Positions 1 through 8,611 of a DNA stretch of 32,000 nt are shown piece after piece. The stretch covers positions 4,140,001-4,172,000 of the forward strand of contig NZ_LN831039.1 of assembly GCF_001457595.1 (NCBI RefSeq), read 5' to 3'. A model generated the notes under the pieces. The model was given only the letters and a program-made list of their open reading frames with translations. It was not told where the DNA came from and did no database searches. This DNA is from Mycolicibacterium smegmatis. GTDB lineage: Bacteria; Actinomycetota; Actinomycetes; Mycobacteriales; Mycobacteriaceae. Position 1 is the first letter of the stretch; every line of letters begins with the position of its first letter. The position numbers and the translations under genes were made by a program.

Positions 1-1
1 C

Positions 2-379
2 GCCCACGGCGTCGACGTCGACGCCGACTACGCCGAGGGACGCCCGCCCACCGTGAACGACCCCGATGAGACGGCGCTCGCCCGCGAGGTGATCATCGAG
101 ACCCTCGGTGAGAACCGATATGCCCCGCTGGCCAACCCCTTCACCGGTGCGGAGGACTTCGCACGGGTACTCGACGAGGTGCCCGGATGCTTCGTTGCAC
201 TCGGCGCGCTCCCGCCGGGCGCCGACCCCGACAAGGCGGCCTACAACCACAGTCCCCAGGCGGTGTTCGACGACTCGGTCCTGCCCGACGGCGCAGCACT
301 TTACGCCGAACTCGCCCATCGCAGGCTCAACGTCAACTCGGGGGCCACATCCGGGGCCACGACCCAGAAAGGCCGCTGA
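2..379 (+). CDS. M20D-family amidohydrolase (hippurate hydrolase / N-acyl-L-amino-acid amidohydrolase-like), C-terminal fragment; 5' end lies outside the window
   Basis: The frame is open from the window edge. Translation '...YAEGRPPTVNDPDETALAREV...NPFTGAEDFARVLDEVPGCFVALGA...AAYNHSPQAVFDD' matches the typical C-terminus of M20D amidohydrolases. Stop TGA 377-379 overlaps the ATG of the next gene (TGATG). Confidence 0.75.
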   Translation, partial: AHGVDVDADYAEGRPPTVNDPDETALAREVIIETLGENRYAPLANPFTGAEDFARVLDEVPGCFVALGALPPGADPDKAAYNHSPQAVFDDSVLPDGAALYAELAHRRLNVNSGATSGATTQKGR

Positions 380-1656
380 TGCACCAGACGATTCAACCCC
401 GCACGACGTCACCGACCCGGCGTACGCCGCAACTGATCGGCACCGCGTTGGGCCACGCACTGGAGTGGTACGACTGGGGCATTTACGCGATCTTCGTGCC
501 GTTCTTCGCCACCCAGTTCTTCGATGACAGCAACCAGTTGTCGGCGGTGTTGTCGAGCCTCGCGGTGTTCGCGGTCGGGTTCGTCGCACGCCCGGTCGGT
601 GGATTCGTGTTCGGTTGGCTGGCCGATCGTGCCGGACGACGCACGGCGATGATGGCGACCGTGGTGACGATCGCCGCGGCGAGCTTCGCCATCGGCGTCG
701 CACCGACATACGCCGAGATCGGCGCGTGGGCATCGCTGATCCTGCTGCTGGCCCGCATCGTTCAGGGTCTCGCCTGCGGCGGCGAACTGCCCTCGGCCCA
801 GACCTACCTGTCAGAGATCGCCCCCGCGAATCGGCGCGGTGTCTGGTCGAGCATCATCTACATCTCCAGCGTCTTCGGCAACACAGTGGGTGTACTGCTC
901 GGCCTGGTGCTGACGCTCACCCTGTCCGAGGCCGACATGCACGCCTACGGCTGGCGGATCCCGTTCCTCCTGGGCGGCGTGTTCGGTCTCGTGGCCATCT
1001 ACATGCGACGAAAAATGCCCGAGACCGAGGCCTTCACCCAGGCGGATCGCCGACGCCCTCGACTGTGGCCCGAACTCGTCCGCCACCGCGGGCAGGCGCT
1101 GCGCGTCATCGGCCTGTCCGTCGGGTTCACGGTGTTCTACTACTCGTGGGTGGTGGCCGCACCCGCCTACGCGATCAGCTCGCTGCACGTGTCGTCGGCC
1201 GGGGCGCTGTGGGCCGGCGTGACGTCGAGCATCCTCCTGATGGCGTTGATGCCGTTGTGGGGCAGACTGTCTGATCGCATCGGTCGCAAACCCGTCCTGC
1301 TCATCTCGACGGTCGGTGGTGCGGCGACGCTCTTTCCGGTGCAGTTCCTGGTGCGCGACAGCGCCTGGCAACTGTTCGCGGGTATGACGATCGCCGCAGT
1401 GTTCATCTCCGCCGGGGTGTCCATCCTGCCCGCGGTGTACGCCGAGATGTTCCCCACCGGAATCCGTGCGCTCGGTCTGGCAGTGCCGTACTCCGTGGCC
1501 GTAGCGGTATTCGGCGGGACGGCCCCGTACCTGCAGACGTGGATCGGCGCGAACCTGGGACCGCTCTTCTACACCGGATACTGCGTGTTGCTGCTGCTGG
1601 CCTCCACACTGGTGATCATCAGGATGCCGGAGACCCGCGGAAAGGACCTGACGTGA
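379..1656 (+). CDS. MFS transporter, metabolite:H+ symporter (MHS; ProP/KgtP-like) family
   Basis: N-terminus 'LIGTALGHALEWYDWGIYAIFVPFFATQFF' and 'RPVGGFVFGWLADRAGRR' are MHS signatures, and the protein is hydrophobic over about 12 segments. Start chosen at ATG 379, which overlaps the upstream stop. The Arg/Pro-rich extension back to 187 in the ORF track looks non-coding. Confidence 0.85.
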   Translation: MHQTIQPRTTSPTRRTPQLIGTALGHALEWYDWGIYAIFVPFFATQFFDDSNQLSAVLSSLAVFAVGFVARPVGGFVFGWLADRAGRRTAMMATVVTIAAASFAIGVAPTYAEIGAWASLILLLARIVQGLACGGELPSAQTYLSEIAPANRRGVWSSIIYISSVFGNTVGVLLGLVLTLTLSEADMHAYGWRIPFLLGGVFGLVAIYMRRKMPETEAFTQADRRRPRLWPELVRHRGQALRVIGLSVGFTVFYYSWVVAAPAYAISSLHVSSAGALWAGVTSSILLMALMPLWGRLSDRIGRKPVLLISTVGGAATLFPVQFLVRDSAWQLFAGMTIAAVFISAGVSILPAVYAEMFPTGIRALGLAVPYSVAVAVFGGTAPYLQTWIGANLGPLFYTGYCVLLLLASTLVIIRMPETRGKDLT

Positions 1657-2471
1657 ATGCTTCCCTGCTCGACGCCCTTGCCGCCGCGCGGCCACGAATC
1701 ATCGACCTCGCGCAACCTCTGCAGGAGGGAATGCCCTGCTCCCCCACACATCCCGGGTTCCGCATGGCGCTCAGCCGCAGGCACGGCGACGTCGCGCGTC
1801 CGGACGGGATGACGGGTTCACACGAAATGCTCGTCCTCGGCGGACACGTCGGCACCCACATGGACGCACTCGCCCACGTCGCGGTCGACGGCTACTTCCA
1901 CGGCGGCACACCGGTCACCGTGACCGACGGACGCTATGCCAGTCACGGGATCGACGAGGTTCCACCGCTGGTATGCCGGGGTGTGCTCGTCGACGTGCCA
2001 AAACTGCGCGGTGTGGACCGCCTGCCTCCGGGCGAACCGGTCACCGCGGCAGATCTGCGTGACGCCGACATCCGCCACGGCGATGTCGTGCTCATCCGGA
2101 CCGGGTGGGCGCAACTGTGGCACAACCCGGACGCCTACATCGGCACCGACAGCGGCGTGCCCGGTCTCACCACCGACGGTGCGCGACACCTTGTCGCAGC
2201 CGGTGCCCGCGTCGTCGGGGCCGACACCCTCGCACTTGAGCACATTCCCCCTGGAGCCGGCTTCGCCAACCTGCCTGTACATCGGATTCTCCTGCAGGAC
2301 AGTGGGATGAACATCATCGAGGCAATGAACCTCGAAGCGCTGGCACACACCGGTGCGCGGGAGTTCGTGTTCGTCGGCGCTCCCCTGCCGGTCGTCGGGG
2401 CGACCGGCGCACCGATCCGACCGCTCGCGCTGGTGGAAGAGCAGCACGTTGGTAGCGGTGGACAGACATGA
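1653..2471 (+). CDS. cyclase-family metal-dependent hydrolase (kynurenine formamidase-like)
   Basis: 'GGHVGTHMDALAHV' matches the HxGTHxDxPxH-type motif of the putative cyclase family (PF04199-like). GTG 1653 overlaps the transporter stop (GTGA). Confidence 0.75.
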   Translation: MNASLLDALAAARPRIIDLAQPLQEGMPCSPTHPGFRMALSRRHGDVARPDGMTGSHEMLVLGGHVGTHMDALAHVAVDGYFHGGTPVTVTDGRYASHGIDEVPPLVCRGVLVDVPKLRGVDRLPPGEPVTAADLRDADIRHGDVVLIRTGWAQLWHNPDAYIGTDSGVPGLTTDGARHLVAAGARVVGADTLALEHIPPGAGFANLPVHRILLQDSGMNIIEAMNLEALAHTGAREFVFVGAPLPVVGATGAPIRPLALVEEQHVGSGGQT

Positions 2472-2477
2472 GGGGCC

Positions 2478-3854
2478 CTACACCGTCTTCGTCACAGGCT
2501 CGCTGGGTTCCGGCGCGGAATCTGATGCGCGTTCAACGTTGTCGAGATCGCGCTCTGAGGTTTCCGGAGCGAGGTATGCGGCGATGACCGTCAGCACGCT
2601 TGCCAACGAGATGTACATCGCGACAGCAGTCACCGAACCGGTGGTGTCCAGGAGGGTTGATGCGATCATGGGGGCAAAGCCGCCGCCGACGACTCCGATG
2701 AGCATGTAGCCCAACGACACTCCGGTGTAACGGAAGCGGGTGTCGAACAGTTCGGCGATGAACGCCGCGAGCACACCGTACATCGCACCCTGGAACACCA
2801 TGGCCACGGATACCGCCAGAACCATCAGAGCGAAGTTTCCGGTTCCCATCAACGGATACACCGCAAACGCCCACACTGCCATCCCCACACCGCCCACAAG
2901 GAATGGGACACGGCGCCCGAGCCGGTCACTGAGTCGTCCGAAGCAGAGAATTGACAGCAACTGGACAACCGCACCGACCGATATCGCGTTCAGTACGGCA
3001 GACCTGGAGATGTCGGTGTGCTGAGTCACGTACGACAGTGAGAACACATTGATCACGAAATACGCGACCTGTTGGCCAAGTCCGAGAAGCACCACGAGCA
3101 GAATCATTTTGGGCGCGTATCGCAGCACCTGCAAGATGGGGGCCTTGGCCTCCTGAGTTCCGTGCCGGCGGCTCCGGGTGAATACAGATGACTCCATGAT
3201 CTTCACCCGAATCAACAGGCCCACCAACACCAGGGGTGCACTGAGCAAGAATGGAACTCGCCAACCCCATGCCAAGAACTGTTCTTCGGTCATGAGAGCG
3301 CTCACCGCTGACAGGGTGGCAGTCGACAGCAGGAATCCGATCGGCGAGGCCGATTGTGTCCAACTACCAGCAGAACCTCGCGTGTGTTCAGCTCCGTCCT
3401 GTTCGACCACCATCAATACGGCGCCGCCCCATTCACCGCCGATGCCTATGCCTTGAATCAGCCGGCACAACACCAACAGGATGGGCGCGAGAATACCGAT
3501 CGTGCTGTAGGTGGGCAGAAGCCCGATTGCCACTGTCGCCGCGCCCATCAGCAAGATGGTCGTGACAAGCGCCGCCTTGCGTCCCACTCGGTCACCGATG
3601 TGACCGAAGATGATGCCGCCGACCGGCCGGGCGAAGAACCCCACACCAAATGTTGCCAGTGCCAATAACGTACCCACCGCCGGCGCCATGTCCGGAAAGA
3701 ACAATTTGCCGAACACCAGCGCGGCTACGGATCCGTAGATGTTGAAGTCGTACCACTCGATCGTGGTACCGACCATGCTCGCGATGACCGTGCGCCGACG
3801 GCCCGATCCTCGGGCGGAGGTGTCAGTCGGTGCATCAGGAACTGAAGGGCTCAT
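2478..3854 (-). CDS. MFS transporter, MHS family
   Basis: 'MVGTTIEWYDFNIYGSVAALVFGKLFFP' and 'RPVGGIIFGHIGDRVGRK' are MHS signatures. ATG at 3854 is preceded by GAGGA. Convergent with the cyclase gene, with a 6-nt gap. Confidence 0.85.
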   Translation of the reverse strand: MSPSVPDAPTDTSARGSGRRRTVIASMVGTTIEWYDFNIYGSVAALVFGKLFFPDMAPAVGTLLALATFGVGFFARPVGGIIFGHIGDRVGRKAALVTTILLMGAATVAIGLLPTYSTIGILAPILLVLCRLIQGIGIGGEWGGAVLMVVEQDGAEHTRGSAGSWTQSASPIGFLLSTATLSAVSALMTEEQFLAWGWRVPFLLSAPLVLVGLLIRVKIMESSVFTRSRRHGTQEAKAPILQVLRYAPKMILLVVLLGLGQQVAYFVINVFSLSYVTQHTDISRSAVLNAISVGAVVQLLSILCFGRLSDRLGRRVPFLVGGVGMAVWAFAVYPLMGTGNFALMVLAVSVAMVFQGAMYGVLAAFIAELFDTRFRYTGVSLGYMLIGVVGGGFAPMIASTLLDTTGSVTAVAMYISLASVLTVIAAYLAPETSERDLDNVERASDSAPEPSEPVTKTV

Positions 3855-3928
3855 GTTGTCCTCGATAGTTGTTCGTAATGCCGGAAATCACGGGGTCGCA
3901 ATATGGCACCGCCCCATGGTCTGAGTGT

Positions 3929-3946
3929 CACGAGAACGGTCTCGTG
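3929..3946 (-). terminator. perfect 7-bp stem / 4-nt loop hairpin (CACGAGA-acgg-TCTCGTG); candidate terminator or operator
   Basis: Read directly from the sequence. It lies in the 152-bp gap between the AMDase-like gene (end 4007) and the MFS start (3854). There is no U-tract, so an operator role is equally possible. Confidence 0.3.
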
Positions 3947-4006
3947 AGGTGTGTGCGTGCGTATTCGTCACCGCCACTGATGCGCAGATCTTTCTGGCGC
4001 TCCGAA

Positions 4007-4807
4007 TCACGTCCTTGCTAGCGTCTCGCCGGCCAGACCTGCACCATGAGACAGTCGAGATCCCCAGCGCGCGTCCAAGGGGGCTGCCCCCACCATCGCC
4101 AGGCACACCGCGAGTGTGACCGCGACTGAATCCAGCACGGGGACACCGAGTTCGGCTTCGAGCGCCTCGACCGCGTCGGCGCCACGCAGATTGGTGCAGA
4201 CGTACGCAATCGCGTCAGGGGCGGCTGCGGCGACGTGGCGAGTGGGGCTGCCCAACTCGTGCGGTTGTATTCGGGCGATGTCGGTCGTCTCGGTGAGGCC
4301 GAAGCCCTGCGTTGAGATAACCGTCACGCCTTCTGCACGGTAGGACTCACCGATCCTGGCATTCATGTAGTCGGGGTATGGCGTGACAATGCCGAGCCGG
4401 TGGACACCAAGGGCGCCGAACACCGCCATGAACGCCAGGGTGCTGGTGACGGCCCGCACTCCTGTCGCCCGAGAGATCGCATCAGTGATCGCGCGGTCGT
4501 GAGAGGTGCCCAACCAGGACCCGGCCGTGCCGTTCCAGGCGATCAGGTCGACGTCGGCGGTGGCGAGCAGAGTAGCGGCCGCCTGCATTGCCCCAGTGTC
4601 GAACTGGGCGTCTGACGTATCGTCGAGACCGACCCGTGTTACCGGCGTACGAGTGAAGTGGACGGTCACGTCGCACCGATTGTCGAGCATCCGGTAGGTC
4701 AGAGGCTCCAGGCACGTGTTCGAGGACGGCACGATCATCCCGATGCGCGCCGTCTTCCTCACGTTCGGGTCCGAATCATCAGACCGCACGGGTGATGCCG
4801 CCGTCAT
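4007..4807 (-). CDS. Asp/Glu-racemase-superfamily protein, maleate isomerase / arylmalonate decarboxylase-like (single-Cys type)
   Basis: 'ARIGMIVPSSNT', 'IAWNGTAGSW', 'LGIVTPY' and 'AYVCTNL...LGVPVLDS' align by eye with maleate isomerase/AMDase. The start is ambiguous: ATG 4807 overlaps the SDR gene by 29 nt, and in-frame GTGs at 4789 and 4762 are alternatives. Confidence 0.7.
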   Translation of the reverse strand: MTAASPVRSDDSDPNVRKTARIGMIVPSSNTCLEPLTYRMLDNRCDVTVHFTRTPVTRVGLDDTSDAQFDTGAMQAAATLLATADVDLIAWNGTAGSWLGTSHDRAITDAISRATGVRAVTSTLAFMAVFGALGVHRLGIVTPYPDYMNARIGESYRAEGVTVISTQGFGLTETTDIARIQPHELGSPTRHVAAAAPDAIAYVCTNLRGADAVEALEAELGVPVLDSVAVTLAVCLAMVGAAPLDARWGSRLSHGAGLAGETLART

Positions 4808-5567
4808 TGGTGATCGTGGTGCCGTTGAGGTATGCCGCCCGCGGCGATGCCAGAAACGCGATCGAGTAGGCGATGTCGCGGGCGCTGGGGATGTACGGCA
4901 AAGGGAGGCCGGCCAGGAACCGTTCCTCGGCCTCCTCCGGAGTGCAGTTCCAGTCCCGGGCGTTTGCGGCGAACTGTTTGACCAGGCGAGCTGTCCGGAC
5001 CGGTCCCGGGCACACCGTGTTGATGATGACTCCTTGGGCCCCGACCTGCAGTGACAGGGACTTGCTGAAATTCAGGATCGCCGCGTTCGCGGCGGCTCCC
5101 GGCATGTGGTATTCCAGCGCCTGCTTACCGGAGTTGCCCGCAACGTTGACGATTCGTCCACTACCTGTCTTCAACAGATGTGGCAGAGCCGCGCGAGTCA
5201 TCCGAATGAACCCGAACAGCTTGAGATTGATGTCTGCCACCCACTGCTCATCGGTGATGTCACCAAAGCCGCCGAAGGATGATGCGCCGGCATTGTTGAT
5301 CAGGATGTCCAGGCCGCCGAGTTCATCGACGGCGTCGTTCACCACCGCATCGAACACCGATTTGTCGCTGAGGTCGGCGGCAAGCGGTACGGCCTTGACG
5401 CCTGTCTTGGACGCGATAGAGTCGCAACCCTCTTTGAGCACATTCGCGCGGCGGGCCACCAAGGCCACATCGACGCCCTCTTCTGCGAGTAGTTCGGCCG
5501 CAGCGAGGCCGATGCCATCGCTGGCACCCGAGATCAACGCCCGCTTGCCCTTCAAACCCAGGTCCAC
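4779..5567 (-). CDS. SDR-family oxidoreductase (FabG-like)
   Basis: N-terminal Rossmann motif 'ALISGASDGIGLA', then 'NNAG' and a PG motif ('VCPGPVRT'). GTG start at 5567 is preceded by GGGAGAAG. Confidence 0.85.
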   Translation of the reverse strand: MDLGLKGKRALISGASDGIGLAAAELLAEEGVDVALVARRANVLKEGCDSIASKTGVKAVPLAADLSDKSVFDAVVNDAVDELGGLDILINNAGASSFGGFGDITDEQWVADINLKLFGFIRMTRAALPHLLKTGSGRIVNVAGNSGKQALEYHMPGAAANAAILNFSKSLSLQVGAQGVIINTVCPGPVRTARLVKQFAANARDWNCTPEEAEERFLAGLPLPYIPSARDIAYSIAFLASPRAAYLNGTTITNDGGITRAV

Positions 5568-5623
5568 GGCTTCTCCCTACCTATCGAGTGTCGTATCTAA
5601 TTGGGAAACTGCGAATTTCGTTA

Positions 5624-6940
5624 TCACGGATGACCAGCACCGGCCGCATCAAGCGAACCATCAAGCATGCGCGCCACGACCTCGGTGAGTAGATCCACCC
5701 CGCTGCAGAGGTCTTCGTCGGAGGTGTACTCGGCCTCGGCGTGAGAAATTCCTTCCACGCTGGGAACGAACAGCATCACCGACGGGACGATCTCCTTCAT
5801 GTTGGTCGAGTCGTGGCCGGCCCTGGTCTGCACCAACATGCTGCTGATTCCGAGGTCGTTGGCGGCGTCACGGGCCAACTCCACTCCTTGAGGCTGGTAA
5901 TGGTGGCCGGGCCACACATGAGCCTTGCGGTGTTCGACCTTGACTCCGGCGCGGATCTCGGCCTCTGCGATGCGCCTTCGCAATGCCGCATCGGCTGCCG
6001 CCAGCAGTTCATCGTTGTCCGAACGTAAGTCGAGGTGCATGTGTACTTCACGTGGCACGACGACGGGCGAGTTCGGCAATACCGTCAACTGCCCGCAACT
6101 GGTGTGCAACTCTTCGCCGAACTCATCGGCGATGTCACGCAACGCCACCACGATCAGGGCCGCGCCCAACAGCGCATCCTGACGGTCTTCGATGGCGGTT
6201 GCACCGGTATGCCCCTGGATGCCGACGACGTTCAATTCGTACTTGTTCGCTGCCCAGGTGCGGTCCACCAACCCGATGGTCACGTTGTTCTTCTCCAACT
6301 CGCGACCCTGTTCGATGTGAATCTCGGCGTACGCTGCCAACTGCCGCGGCCCGGTGGAGGAGAACACTTCTCGATCACCGATGCCGTTGATCGCCGCGAG
6401 CGCGTCACGGACGGATACGCCGTCGTCGTCAGTGGTGTTGAGTGCCTCTTCGAGATCGAGAGTTCCGGTGAATACCGCGCTGCCCATCATCGACGGCTTG
6501 AATCGTGAGCCCTCTTCATTGAACCAATCGACGACCGCGACGTTGTACCGCGGCGTGAAGCCGGACCGGGTGACGTATCGACGGGTCCGGTCAGCGGCGA
6601 CGGCACCGGCCAGTACTCCGTACGCTCCATCGAACCGGCCACCGCGCGGTTGGCTGTCGAGATGCGAACCCACAAGAACATATGGGGCGCCCGGATTGAA
6701 TTCCAACAACCCGAAGAGGTTTCCGATCGGGTCGACTTCAACCGAAAATCCTCGGGTGCGCAACCAACGAGACAACCAATCCCGCATCTGACCGTCCTCG
6801 GCGGTGCCCGCCTGACGCTCGACACCTCCTGCCGGCGTCGCTCCGATGGCCTCCAGTTCGGCCCAGGAGTCAAGGAACTCGCGATCGCGGCCGGTGTCGA
6901 GCGGGATTCGCAGGTTGGTTGCGTTGACGGGCACAGTCAT
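5624..6940 (-). CDS. M20 Zn-dependent amidase of the hydantoinase/carbamoylase family (N-carbamoyl-amino-acid or beta-ureidopropionase / allantoate-amidohydrolase type), copy 1
   Basis: 'IGATPAGGVERQAGTAEDGQMRDWL...DPIGNLFG', 'GSHLDSQPRGGRFDGAYGV', 'NEEGSRF' and 'AGHDSTNM' are the family signatures. Start chosen at ATG 6940 with an AGGAGA SD. The 61-codon upstream extension in the ORF track was rejected. Confidence 0.85.
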   Translation of the reverse strand: MTVPVNATNLRIPLDTGRDREFLDSWAELEAIGATPAGGVERQAGTAEDGQMRDWLSRWLRTRGFSVEVDPIGNLFGLLEFNPGAPYVLVGSHLDSQPRGGRFDGAYGVLAGAVAADRTRRYVTRSGFTPRYNVAVVDWFNEEGSRFKPSMMGSAVFTGTLDLEEALNTTDDDGVSVRDALAAINGIGDREVFSSTGPRQLAAYAEIHIEQGRELEKNNVTIGLVDRTWAANKYELNVVGIQGHTGATAIEDRQDALLGAALIVVALRDIADEFGEELHTSCGQLTVLPNSPVVVPREVHMHLDLRSDNDELLAAADAALRRRIAEAEIRAGVKVEHRKAHVWPGHHYQPQGVELARDAANDLGISSMLVQTRAGHDSTNMKEIVPSVMLFVPSVEGISHAEAEYTSDEDLCSGVDLLTEVVARMLDGSLDAAGAGHP

Positions 6941-6984
6941 CACTTGTCTCCTGGTCTCGATGAAAGATTGGTTTTCTGAACGGT

Positions 6985-8403
6985 TCAGATCAGGTATTGC
7001 GACAGCCCGCGTTTGAGGAAGACGCCGTGACCCTTGCGGCCCAGGTATCGTCCGCGGTCGACAACGATCGTGCCTCGCGACAAAACCGTCTGCACACAGC
7101 CCTCGACTTCGAAGCCCTCCCATGTGGAGTGGTCGACGTTCGAATGGTGGTTCTTCTCGAATCCGATCGACGTACGTCCGTCAGGGTCGTAGATCACCAC
7201 GTCGGCGTCCGCTCCCGGTGAGACGATGCCCTTTCGGGGGTAGAGTCCGAACATGCGGGCGGGGGTCGTCGCACACACGTCAACCCACCGCTGAAGACTC
7301 AACTTGCCGTTGACGACACCCTGGTACATCAGATCGATTCGGTGCTCGACCCCTGACATCCCGTTCGGAATCTTGGAGAAGTCACCGAGTCCCATCTCTT
7401 TCTGCCCTTTGAAGCAGAACGGGCAATGGTCGGTCGACACTGTCGCGACATCTCCGGTCCGGATGTAGCGCCACAGCTCCTCTTGATGCCCCTCCTCGTG
7501 GGAGCGCAGCGGTGTGGAGCACACCCACTTGGCGCCTTCGAATCCCGGTGCCGCCAGTTGCTCTTCCAGGGACAGGTACAGGTACTGGGGACATGTCTCG
7601 GCGAAAACATTGGCGCCGCTACCACGCGCGCCGGCGATTTGCTCCATCGCCTGCTTGGCTGAGACGTGAACCACGTACAACGGCGCCCCGGTGATCTTTG
7701 CCAGCATGATGGCGCGGTGTGTGGCTTCCTCTTCCAACTCCCAAGGCCGCGATACCCCGTGATAGTAGGGCGATGTCTCACCCCGTTCGATGTGCTGGGC
7801 GACCAGTTGATCGATGGCAATACCATTCTCTGCGTGCATCATTGTTAACGCGCCGTTACCGGCACATTGCTGCATGGCACGCAAGATCTGGCCGTCGTCG
7901 GAGTAGTACACCCCCGGATACGCCATGAAGAGTTTGAAACTCGTCACACCTTCAGCGACCAGTTCATCCATCGCCTTGAGGGCGTCTGTATCGACACCGC
8001 CCAGGATCTGGTGAAAGCCGTAGTCGACAGCGCAGTTTCCCCGCGCCTTCGCGTGCCAGGCCGCCAGGGTGTCCTGCACCCTCTCCCCCTGCCGCTGGAT
8101 CGCAAAATCGATGATCGTGGTGGTGCCCCCGAATGCCGCAGCGCGAGTGCCTGTCTCGAACGTGTCAGACGCGACAGTGCCCCCAAAAGGCATCTCCATG
8201 TGCGTATGGGCATCGACTCCGCCGGGAATGACGTACTTACCCTTCGCCTCGAGCACGTGGTCGAAAGTCCGGTCGGGATCGTCGAAGGGCGCCAGTTCGG
8301 GATCGACGAGAGCAGCTATGCGCTCACCGTCGATGAGCACGTCGAGGTCCTGGCAACCGGTGGGTGAAACGACGGTGCCGCCGCGGATGTACGTCGTGGC
8401 CAT
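6985..8403 (-). CDS. hydA: dihydropyrimidinase / D-hydantoinase, copy 1
   Basis: All cyclic-amidohydrolase metal-site motifs are present: 'GGVDAHTHM', 'SFKLFMAYPG' (carboxylated Lys), 'MMHAENG', 'LYVVHVS' and 'STDHCPF'. Start at ATG 8403 ('MATTYIRGGTVV'); 472 aa. Confidence 0.9.
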   Translation of the reverse strand: MATTYIRGGTVVSPTGCQDLDVLIDGERIAALVDPELAPFDDPDRTFDHVLEAKGKYVIPGGVDAHTHMEMPFGGTVASDTFETGTRAAAFGGTTTIIDFAIQRQGERVQDTLAAWHAKARGNCAVDYGFHQILGGVDTDALKAMDELVAEGVTSFKLFMAYPGVYYSDDGQILRAMQQCAGNGALTMMHAENGIAIDQLVAQHIERGETSPYYHGVSRPWELEEEATHRAIMLAKITGAPLYVVHVSAKQAMEQIAGARGSGANVFAETCPQYLYLSLEEQLAAPGFEGAKWVCSTPLRSHEEGHQEELWRYIRTGDVATVSTDHCPFCFKGQKEMGLGDFSKIPNGMSGVEHRIDLMYQGVVNGKLSLQRWVDVCATTPARMFGLYPRKGIVSPGADADVVIYDPDGRTSIGFEKNHHSNVDHSTWEGFEVEGCVQTVLSRGTIVVDRGRYLGRKGHGVFLKRGLSQYLI

Positions 8404-8611
8404 GGGAACAGATCGTATGGCTGCCAACGTCACCATGCCCATGTTCACGGTGCAACGCGTTCTGTCACACACGTTGTGCACGAGCACATCTCATGCGGGG
8501 TGCCGCCGAGCGATTCGCCGCGCCGATTGGGCACCGCGTCAACTCCGCAGCGAGTATCGCCGGATCTGGTCACCCGTCGTTACGCCGAAAAGTGCAGTAC
8601 CCTCCCCTGTC
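8404..8611. promoter_or_regulatory. divergent promoter/operator region between hydA copy 1 and a PucR-type regulator
   Basis: A 208-bp gap between divergent starts. It contains the perfect palindrome AACGCGTT (8454-8461), nested in the imperfect inverted repeat GTGCAACG...CGTTGTGCAC (8450-8481). No experimental support. Confidence 0.4.

Noticed and set aside
811-1695. 294-aa minus-strand ORF, and the 219-aa plus-strand alternative-frame ORF at 615-1274
   Set aside because: Both overlap the MHS transporter gene, whose frame gives a coherent 12-TM-like protein with family signatures. The alternatives are Arg/His-rich nonsense.
7512-7694. Similar small ORFs 'MWSTPTWR...' at 7512-7694 (+) and 24855-25052 (-), which could look like a conserved small protein
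   Set aside because: Each is antisense to the same conserved segment ('...AKWVCSTPLR...') of a hydA paralog. The similarity is a by-product of the hydA duplication, not evidence for a gene.
8466-8481. Motif CACAC(n)CGT...GTGCAC shared between the two PucR-linked divergent regions (8466-8481 and 19910-19929) as a possible common operator
   Set aside because: The shared elements are short (5-6 bp), their spacing differs, and their orientation relative to the regulator gene is opposite in the two regions. GTGCAC-like hexamers are expected by chance in GC-rich DNA. It would be worth a motif search only if more sites were available.
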